From NCBI GenBank assembly GCA_001949185.1, contig BDGG01000016.1, positions 1,066,049 through 1,130,048 of the forward strand: a DNA stretch of 64,000 bases, in the 5' to 3' direction. Position numbers and translations under genes: made by a program. The notes below the pieces were generated by a model. The model searched no databases. It had not been told where the DNA came from and worked only from the letters and a program-made list of their open reading frames with translations. The DNA comes from Ramazzottius varieornatus. Its lineage: Eukaryota; Animalia; Tardigrada. Every line of letters begins with the position of its first letter. Positions within the stretch are counted from its first letter, which is position 1. Positions 54,161 to 64,000 of the stretch are shown here, in pieces.

Positions 54161-57100
54161 ATGAGTGTGTGGAAGCGGCTACAGCGGGTCGGGAAGCACG
54201 CAGCTAAATTCCAGTTTGTCCTTTCCTTCCACGAGTTGGCACTGGAATGTTCGAAGGGACCATGGTAAGCGATAGCGATTTAACCAGAACCTCTGAGTAT
54301 TAATGCTGGTGGCTTTTGACCGTAGGAAGCCGACGAAGCTGGGAATTGCCATCACCAGACGGAATCGGAAGTACATCTCCCAGGTAGGCTTTACCATGGT
54401 GTCAGTGGCTGATTGTGGATTGACGGTGCATCACATAACGGATTATTTTAGTCGCACGACTGGGAACCGACCATAAAGAATCCCTTCCGCGGAACTGTGG
54501 TGTGGACTACGCCTGAATGTCTGGAGTTTGTTACGACCCTGTATAAAGACAGCAGAGCGCATGAATACGAAGATAAGGAATGGATGGTCGTCATCGAAGA
54601 GGTAAGTTTCGCTCGGTCAGAGTTGGGTCACCCTGATCAATCAGCGCATTACGTCGTCGACGACAACGGCTTAATTGGTGAAGACTGTGACATCATGCGC
54701 AAGTCTCTTTTTGTCTTTTTGTTATTACAACATCAAAGGAGGGTTTAGAGAGGGTTCTGGCCGGTAAAACTGCTGACTGCTTGTAGATCGAGCCGATGGG
54801 AAGAAGGCGGCCCATTGCATCTATTAATGTCAACCTGAAGCATTACGGCCATATCGAACCTTCCAAGACGCACCTGACTCTTCGGATGAAGCCTACCTCA
54901 CGCAAAGTCTCCGAGGCATCGCTCAACGTTACCTTCGCTTCAACCTTGCTAAAAGAAGGGAAAGCCACGTAAGATGTCCATTCATTCGTACTGGAAACCA
55001 ATCATCCGTTCGTTCTGGTCACATTGAGATATTGCATTGCAGCGACGAGGACATGCAGAGCTTAGCCAGCCTGATGAGCTTGCAGCAACAGCATCTGAAC
55101 GATATTGGTAACCTCGCTGACTTCGATGATGAATCGCCGGCTGGAACGCTGAGGCGGAAGCAAACCAATCAAAAGATTTCCGATCTGGCGTCCAGCTTTG
55201 GCATCCTCAACAGTGACAACGCCGGTAATAAATCTTGTCTCCCGTATGTTTTTGATAAGATCCACGTCAGAGCATTCGTTGTTCTGTCTGCGCGGGTGTG
55301 TAAGTGTTATGTGTGGTAGTTGCAGGATCTATAAACAACTCTCCTTACTCATTGGATGCAAAGGCGAGTGGGGATGCGTCAAAGACCCCAGTAAGGCCTG
55401 GTTCACTTCAACTCGAACCGGAAAGTACACCGAAATCACATCGAGAAACCAATGGCACCGTACAAAACGACTGGTAAGACCTTTCCGTCATTAAACCAAA
55501 GCGATTACATTCCCATTCTCGCCTTACGATATTCTGTACCAAGCAAAGTAAAACTAAGCGTTTAGACGAATTATCTGAAAGATGGCTTCTCCTAGTGGCG
55601 CACGTGCTCGGTGTTACTGGCTGGGAACGCGCGCCACTCTGAAAAATGGTGTTCTAAAGCCTTGGTCCCAAGTGGCGCACGGTAGCACTGTTGTTGGCTG
55701 GAAGCGTGCGTCACTTGGTAAAGCGATCTGGTCGTGTCTGTTGGACAATGTTTGTCCAGATCCTAAATACGCTGGACTGAAAGGTCTTGTCACTGCTTGT
55801 TCCTTGTTGGTATGTATAAATTTGAAAAGCGTTCTGTTGTAGGTTGGGTCCCGAAACAATTTCTGAGCAAATTTCAGAAAGCAATAAGCAGTCTTCAAGT
55901 TCCAACGCGATAGACTCGGTAAGGGTCTTCGGCGAGCGGGGCTCAAAATCAGCGTACAGGATTCACCGTACTTTCCTTCCACAGAACGCCCTTTCGGATG
56001 CCCTCTTGACGTGGTGTCAGGAAGCAACGAAAACCTCTCGCGGAGTGAAGATCACGAACTTTGCCACTTCGTTCCGGAACGGCCTAGCATTTTGTGCCAT
56101 CATCCACCATTTCCACCCCGACCTCATGTACGTAGTTGTTGAGAGCCCTCCGTCTATATTTATCTACACGTTCATTTTTTCCATCTTTCCAGAGATTTTG
56201 CTTCGCTTTCGCCCGCCGATATCGAGACGAACTGCCGGCTTGCCTTCGATGCAGCAGCCAAACTAGGAATACCGAAGCTCATCAACCCCAAAGACATGCT
56301 CATGCGCCAGACGCCAGACCGAATCGCAGGTACAAAACCTTTGTACTATAAAACTTGGAGTAGTTTGAGAATTATTGCGAGTGACTTTTTTGGACTTCTT
56401 CCTAATTTGAGAACTCGGCAAACAAGCTCGTCCGGCTGGTTTTTTGTAAGTGGCGCACACTCCCAGCCAATATTACTGAAAACGTGCAACTTAGGGAAAC
56501 AGCCTTGTCGAGTTCGTTCCAAAGTGGCCCACATTCACAGTAATATCAGCTGGAAGTGTGCGCCACTTAGGAACACGATCTCGCTAAATTTGCCGAGGTC
56601 TTATGTATCATTAACTTCAGACGTTTTTTCTCAGAGTTCGATTTTTATTGTAGTGATGACATACCTTCATCAACTTCGCGCTCACTTTACCGGTGAACTT
56701 CTCGAAATCGGCAAGATGGACCGCAACGCCAAAGAGGTGACATATACACCGGTGACGCCCAGCGACCCACTCAAGCGAGCCGGCTTCAAGTCGCGCTTCT
56801 CCTTCGAGAAAAGTCCTCCATCACAACACAGCTCAACCATAAAAGAGAACGGCGTGGTCCTCGACGAGTCCTCCTCAACCACCCACCACCCATCCTCTCC
56901 CAAGGACAAATCCAACCCGCTGAAATCTCTCTCCAAGCAGTTCTCGAAGCAATCTCCAAAGAGAGTGGTCAGCCCTAGTAGCGATGGCCAGCAGTTAATG
57001 ACGAGGCAACAGCTCAGCGATCCGTTTCACGAGATGGATAACGAGAACGTGAATGAGAAGGAGAGAGAGGTCGAGAGTCCGGGCCAGTACAGCGTGAAAG

Positions 57101-60100
57101 CGCTGCATAAAGCCAACTCTTTTAGTCCGCCGGCTGACACACCGATGTCGCCTGGAAGGAGTGTTCGCGAAAGTCCCGCTGAACCTAAGGTACATATTTC
57201 AACAACCGTTTTCGGTTTGACAAATGTTTTCGTGAGGGCTTTGTCTTCGTAGTCTGTGCAAACGTCTCCTTCGCGGGACGAAGTTCTTCTCTCGCGTGCC
57301 CGCGAACTCATCGAGCAAGCTCGGTCGCAACCTTCCAGCTTGAACTCCTCTCCTTCGACGGAGCAACTGTCACCGGTAAGGAGTTGTTCGCGGTGTGTAA
57401 GACTCGTATCAACTACAGTCTACTTCTCTTGGAACATTTTCTTTGATTGTTTTGATTTTCTGAGATGGGAGCTCGACAAACGAACTCGACCAGATCGTTT
57501 TCCCAAGTGGCGCACGGCCCCAGTGATATTGACCGGACACATGCGCCGCTCAGAAAACAATCTGTTCGTGTTTGTTGGCTGATCTCCCAAAAAATCCACA
57601 AACAGAACCGTGGAGCTTTTTATTCGTCTTTGGAAATGGTTTTTTAGGGAGGGTGTAAGTCTGATTTTTGGGTTTTCTTGTAGGAAGAACTGGACAGGAG
57701 GAAAGAGCTGCACGAGAGAGCGAAGCGGATGATTGACTCTGTGAAGCAAAGCGGACCTGGTTCCCCGGTCAGCGTTCCCATAACGCCTGTTTCAATGGTC
57801 ACGCGAGCTCGCTCACCTTCCGGTATGAACGTTTCTTGGAGTACTCTATCTCACAGGGTGTGGTTTTTGCTTTTGATGAGTTACCGCACTGCACCGCATG
57901 GGACAAAGCTAACTTTCTTCACGGCTGGCCGCGATTTCTTACGTCACAGCTCTCACACTGACTGACTCCACGTTGCATGTTTTTGTTTGGCACAGCTTCC
58001 ATCCAGTTTTATCAGTTCTGCAAAAAGCTGCCGGGTAAGTTACAGCAGTCCGAACGCCCGACCTTGCTTGTCTTGGCTGCAGGAACAATATCGAGCTCTC
58101 GCTTCTGTACAGTAATTTTTCCAAATTAAGTTTCGCTCTGAGAAATCGGAATGATTTACGTCGGAATGATATTCCTTCCTATTTTGATAATGATTTGTTT
58201 GTCCAGGCGAGGTGACATCGAGTCAGTTCACACTCTCCCGCGGTTCCTCCCAGAGATCCTCACCGCAGAGAACCGGTTCGATGCGCCTACCTCCCCGCTC
58301 TGTATCAGACGAGTCCAAATTATCGACGACAGATGGTGCTGCCGGAAGTAACGGGCTGCAGGCTAAGCCGAAGCATAATGGCACCCCGGCCGTGCAAAAC
58401 GACGTATGGAAACTACAGAGTTCCGTGGATGAAGCCTCGTTGAAGTCCTCTCAACCAAAGACGGAACGAAAGACCGAAGTCTTGAAGTCGGAAGCGATGA
58501 AAACTCTGGACGACGACGTAAGCAAATAATAACCAAAAGTGCTCTGTAATGTGTATTTTCGGCACGTTGAAAAAATTTACATCTGAAGAATGGAAGGTCG
58601 GCAAACGAAGGGTGCAAGAGCACCATGTTAAGTGGCATAAGCTTCCAGCCAATAACGATGAAACCGTGCGCCACTTGACGAGACGATCTTGTACGCCTCG
58701 TTTTCCGTACTCCAAGATCTAATGAGAAAATTGAAGTTTGATGAAAAAGTACAGCTTGACGAAAATACCTGAAAAATATCTGCAAGTGTTTGTTTTTCAG
58801 TTGGATGAAGTGAAGGATATCCAGGAGGAAATCGCGCGGCTCGAGTACGAGCAGCGCCTCATCGACGACACAGCTGCTCAAGTGGAGACACGTCTCCGCG
58901 AAGCCATGAAGCCTGGTTTGTCTTTTCGCAGAGATAAACTCATTATAAAGCCTTATGTGACCCACTTGTTCAAGTGTGTGGGTTTCAGGTGCGACAGAGA
59001 CGGAAGAGGACATCTTGAAGGAATGGTTTCCGCTGGTCAACAAGCGCAACGCAATTGTCCGGCGACTGGACCAGCTTAACAACATGTAAGTGGCTTTTTT
59101 ATTCATCGCTGACTAGCTGATTGATAAGACAGCGATGGCAGGGTCAAGGTAATTCAGGTGGGGGAAGAGGATGGACTCATCCCGTGGATGAGAGTAAGGT
59201 TAAGCTGGTGGAGAGGAAGGGATTAGGGCAAATGAGATGGATGGCGTCACGCTTCTCTTCCATGATCCCTTCCTCACTACCGGAATATTATTCCATGTCA
59301 TGCACCGACTCTTCTGCATATATATTTGAAGGATTCTGTCTGAAGGTAGAAGGCACGATATGATGTTTACCTGGCCACTGACTGTCGCCCAGGGATTACA
59401 GACATGTTAAAAAGGCGGCCGAGATTTATCCAGATTGATTCTTGTGATGACAGCTCGGCAGATTATCGAAAGTCGCTGTTTTGACTTGGGAAATTGCTTC
59501 TGAAATGAGCAAAATGGATCAGGCGACTTTGAGGCTTGATGAAGTGCGCAGCTTTCAGAGGCTTAACTTCTCGCCAGAAATCTTTACGAAAATTGCTTTC
59601 GAATAACCCGTCTACGGGGAAGCACCATCTGCACCATTTTCGTACATTAGTGAATTTCCCAACTCTTTCGTTAGTAAACTGTCCCTTGCGATGCCCGAAA
59701 GTCTGCAGGATAGGTCAGGGCGTCCACCACCTGCGAACCTGAAGAAAAACATTGGCAAAGCATACTTGTGGAGACATTGGCACAGCAAGGCACCCGTTGC
59801 AATCGGGATAAAGTCGGCGCTGCGCACTTATGTGAACCCAGATCACTTCCCGCGTTTCACTGCTTAGCTGACCATAGTCNNNNNNNNNNNNNNNNNNNNN
59901 NNNNNNNNNNNNNNNNNNNNNNNNNNNNNCTCGCGAGGACGATCAAGCCTTCTCAGAGGACTGTCTGGAAAGGTCGGCTGTCGACAACTGTTGGACTGAA
60001 TATGTACGGGTTGTGTCAAAGTGACGGCTGAAGGACGTTGTGGTATTTTTAATGTGGGGTTGTTATTTGCGGTCTGACTTTTGCTTTGTCCTGTGACTGC

Positions 60101-61905
60101 GAAATGATAATTAGATGGGTGGACGAAGGTTGGCGCGAAGGGCAGTGCGGACAGATTAGGCTGATGTCGGTGACAGGTAAATTAAACGCTCTGCTTGACC
60201 AATTTGTCCTAGGAACATGTGACTTTGACAAGAGGCAGTAGAAAAAAAGGAAAAGCCACGTCGTTATCGGTGGCGGAATCAGTGTCGGTGTGAAATACCA
60301 GCCGACAAAAATGGCGCTTGACTTTGAAATATGGATATGGCGCATCTTTAGTCTGACTTGAAAGATGGAAAAGGGACTAATATTCGTGGGTCCATCTAGA
60401 CGAAGAAGCTTACAGACGTTGCCTTTTAGTCCCTCTTAGCGGTAATTGGCATTTTGTCAGGACGAAGGCTGATTGTTCTTCCGAGTGCAATCAAGATTGT
60501 CGGAGGATTGTGACGCTCCCGCTGCTGAATGCGGCAGAGTGGAAGCCAGCTTGGCCAAGCGGATTACTCTCCTACCTGTAACGACAGATTTACCAGTATG
60601 GCGTCCAGGTTCAGCTTGGGCGCACCGGTTCCGTTGTGCGAGGAAAGAGGTACTGAAGGTTGGCAGGGAACCTCAGCTGGCGCGGTATCCTTTGCGTCAA
60701 AGCAGCAAGCCGCTGTAACGCCGATATTGTACTGTGTCCAGTTAGCATTCAAGAACGCATCATACCGTGTAAAGCTCGTTAATTTGAAGTCGTCTGAGCC
60801 GTTAATCAAAGCTTTGCTTCAAGGTTCTTCACGCCTCGGCTCGAAAGGATGATGGAGCATTTAGCACGTTTTAGTATGATGCGCTGTGTAGAAGAAAGCG
60901 CTCGGCCCACAACTCGGCAACATTCTTTTTCTCAAGTGGCGCACATTAGCTGAGAGCATGCGCCAGTTGGACAAATGATTTTAGAGAGTTTGTTTGCCGA
61001 GCTCCCAGGAGTTCCAGGTTCACTTGTGATTCGGAAGTAAAAGGAAGGCTGAAGGTTAAGGCTGGCGAAAAATTAGTTACGAGGGACAATGTTGCCGAAT
61101 TAAGAGGCGTAAACAGGAAAATGTGATGCAATGGGGTTTATCCGGCGTGAAAATTAAACCATGTGTTGGATTAATCCAACCGGCTTGACGCCTTGATAAT
61201 CCATTTTTACCAACATGTGGTGATGTGTATTTTCTGTGCTTTCAGGGAGAAGGAAAGTGATTTGGAATCCCGGTATGATAAACTCAATAATGAACTGCGC
61301 ACACTGATGTCCCTTCTTGGTGAGAATTTTCTTTGGTCTGAGCTTTCAAAAAAGGAAAAGAATTTTGTTGAAATGCAACGTTGGTTTATTGTAGACTGGC
61401 AAAAGACTGACGCTCATCGAAGGCGTGAGCAAATGCTGATGGCGGAAATGCTGGAGATTGTCAAGCAGAGGGACGAGGTGGTGCAACAGCTCGATGAGCA
61501 GGAAAAGGCGTAAGTTGAGTTCCTCAATCCTCATGTTGAATACAAATGGGGAACTTGGCAAACTAGCTCTGTAAGATCGTTTTGCAAACGGTGCACGCTT
61601 GTAGTTTTACTGGCTGGAAGCTTGCGCCACTCGAACAAAGTTGACAACCTCGTGGTTCCAAGTGGCGCTCGTTTACAGCCAGTGACACTGGGAACGTGCG
61701 CCACTTGGGCAAACAATCTCCCCGAACTCCATAAGGTTGATGGAAGTCAAGAGTCCCAAGACTGCATTGACGGTTCCTGTTTGGCTCGTCTTGTAGTATC
61801 GAGGAGGATAACAAGGTGGCGCAAACTGTGATATCGCATTTACAAAAGGAGCAAGACGGCTCCTTCTTCCGGTTTGGAAGTTTACGGAAATATTTTCAAC
61901 CTTAA
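54161..61905 (+). CDS. EHBP1: EH domain-binding protein 1 (NT-C2, CH and bMERB domains)
   Basis: [19 protein letters not shown] (NT-C2), YEDKEW, EGKAT|[14 protein letters not shown] domain LLTWCQE...[27 protein letters not shown], and bMERB region [33 protein letters not shown]...REQMLMAEM...[12 protein letters not shown]. Confidence 0.95.
59880..59929. other. Assembly gap (N run)
   Basis: Run of N. Confidence 1.
61550..61730. repeat. Palindromic element, 2-unit array (last EHBP1 intron)
   Basis: Two cores with 25-nt spacers. Further copies lie near 6.9, 7.8, 13.5, 19.9, 20.5, 22.1, 22.9, 28.0-28.5, 29.8, 32.5, 38.1, 39.1, 42.6, 43.5, 44.3, 45.0, 45.6, 47.1, 49.7, 55.6, 56.5, 57.5, 58.6, 60.9 and 62.9 kb. 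Confidence 0.85.
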
Positions 61906-62247
61906 ACACTGCGTAGTGCTTTCGCGTCTCGTGCCAGAGCTCTGTTTCAACATTTTTCTTTCGTTGTTTTACCTGTACCATGCCGCTAGTTGTTTGCTGT
62001 TGGGAATCTAACCCGAATGGAACTGAGTTAGGCTCTACCAGACTTTTTTTACTGTCAAATATGTAACACAAAATGTTCGGATTAGGAGGTGGATGATTTA
62101 ACCAAGCGACAGGTCAACTTTTGCAAATTAAAATAGGAGTCAAATACTGATCGACTAATGGAAATGACGAAGAATGTTTATAGTGTAGGAAAAGCAGGCA
62201 CTTTCGGTTAGCGGACTGATTATTCTTTGTAGTTGGTGGCTCGTCTC

Positions 62248-62540
62248 ACAAGAGAACGGAGGTGACCATGAGAGTCTGAACTTCTTCCAACTTTTCCTGT
62301 CGAAAGTACTCGGTCCTAGTTACCGTTCAAGGGTACTCTCAGTTACCACCGAGCACCTTTTGGCTAGGGAGCAAATTTCGAATGCGTGGAACCCTTTCAA
62401 AACCACTGTGGGACCTCTGACTTCTCGATGTCTACTGGTTCTCGTATCGTCCGAAACATAACGTCTCCAGCAACAAAAATGCATTACATGAACTGGTGAA
62501 CACTCCTGATGTTTCAGGTTAGCGAAACAAAAATTTTCGT
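62248..62540 (+). mobile_element. Solo arm of the long-TIR element found at 21048-22037
   Basis: Near-identical to 21048-21341 (ACAAGAGAACGGAGGTGACCATGAGAG...GCGAAACAAAAATTTTCGT). No partner arm within the window. Confidence 0.9.
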
Positions 62541-64000
62541 GTTTGTCGGTGTTTTCGTGATGAACCACTGGTCGATGGAAGGTTGACCACAATGCTAACG
62601 TTGTGATAAATGGTTTTCGGGGATGGAGTAGGTAGGAGCCTGCAAGAACCGTAACTATGGCGGTATCAATCAATCAGCCGAGGACGGCTTGCATAAACTT
62701 GCAAAGGAGTTCACAGCAAAAAGTCCCTGCATTTGAACATAACCGTAACAGGTCCAGTACGGGATCCGGAGCTGTCAGATGGGTCCGGAAAAAGAGCAGA
62801 AACCACAGTCAAGGATCCCTCCTTGTTGAATTCAACACTTCTACTCGGCGGTGGAAAGGACGAATGCTAGACTTGCGCCGGGGACTAAGGCTTTCCCGAT
62901 CAACTGTGCAGTAAATGGGTGACGCACACTGCTAGCCGATAAAAAGGAAGAGATGCGTCACCTGAGATAGATGTTGAACGTTTTGTTTGCCGGTTTACCA
63001 AATATCGAAATTCATCCGACGAATGGAAGATAGGCTGAAACCTTTAAGATCCTGAACTTTGTTCCAAAATATCAGCAGTAGCAATGGCTAAAACCGTCCG
63101 CTCTAATCACATGTATTTGGCCGGAAGAGTTCTTTGGAAGCAAGGGTGTGCCCTGGTGAGACACAGTTGGTCGTCCTCTTAACTTGCGACATTGATGCTG
63201 AAAAGTCGCAAAGTAGGGAGTGTATGAAGGGATTGTAGCGGTTAAGGGATCATGTCTCGACTACCTGGGGATGTCAGGCGACTTGTCTTCTTCTCGACAA
63301 GCTGCAAGACCTCGCCGCCGCTCAGACCGTCCTCCCATGTAATCAAGAGCCTGCTGCGCCATTCTTCACCTGTCATCCATATGACATGCTTGTTACACCG
63401 CTTTGCCCTTTAACCGCCTCCCGACAACCCTAATCATTACTCCGTCCGACCTGTCAATTTCCCCGTTCGCATGACTACATCTTTAATTATGTCTGACTAA
63501 CGACTACAGTTGCCGTTCAGGTCTATAGAGATTAGCCACTATACAGTACAGTGTAGAATATTTTTGACCATAGTGCGGTTGAAGATAGAAACGTAGGCGC
63601 GTAGTGCGGGTGTTAATATACGTACAACAGTAATTTTCGGGAATTGAATACAACGAAATGAGTTTCAGGGGAAACGATGCTACACATTCCGAGAAATCCA
63701 TAAGAAGATACCACCAGGTTGAAAGACAACATTCAGCAGCAGCATACAAGGAGTGTTCGTTGCATCTCGAAACTCGCCTTGTCGTTGTCCTTGACATAAT
63801 AACTAAGCGGTATCGACTTGCGACGGAACATTTGCTTTCGTTCTCAGCCTTTTCAGGCGTGGATAATGAGGTTACGCCAAATTGTGGTAAGCCTCATTGT
63901 CCATGTCGACCTTCCACTGTTGACATAAGAAATACTGTGCGAGCTCAAATCCTCTCTGTGAATTGTTCTGCAGGTTGGCGCGTGAGAGTATTACACTGTA

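Noticed and set aside
62550-64000. Possible further gene or retroelement at the window end
   Set aside because: Only short ORFs without recognisable motifs, so no call can be supported.

Overview
Gene-dense genomic DNA from a compact-genome invertebrate animal (GT-AG introns, many only ~55-70 nt; clip-type protease, prohormone-4, PC2, TSSK). It is not prokaryotic, and there are two N gaps. Spliced genes, in order: 3' end of an NPF/DPF endocytic protein (+), clip-domain serine protease (-), prohormone-4 (-), a MEIG1-domain protein with long extensions (+), SPRED (-), an LDL-receptor-family protein (+), a divergent and apparently slicer-dead Argonaute (+), AGPS (-), a long disordered orphan protein (+), a possible small Cys-rich secreted protein (-), PC2 (-), TSSK (-), a RING-finger pseudogene (+) and EHBP1 (+). 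Several non-autonomous DNA transposons or MITEs are present. The most striking non-genic signal is a ~110-bp palindromic element with the core GTGGCGCAC-N25-GTGCGCCAC. It occurs in roughly 35 clusters (hand count), mostly in introns, with a fixed spacer length and copy-specific variants mirrored on both arms. Exon boundaries were read by eye and family assignments rest on remembered motifs, not database searches.
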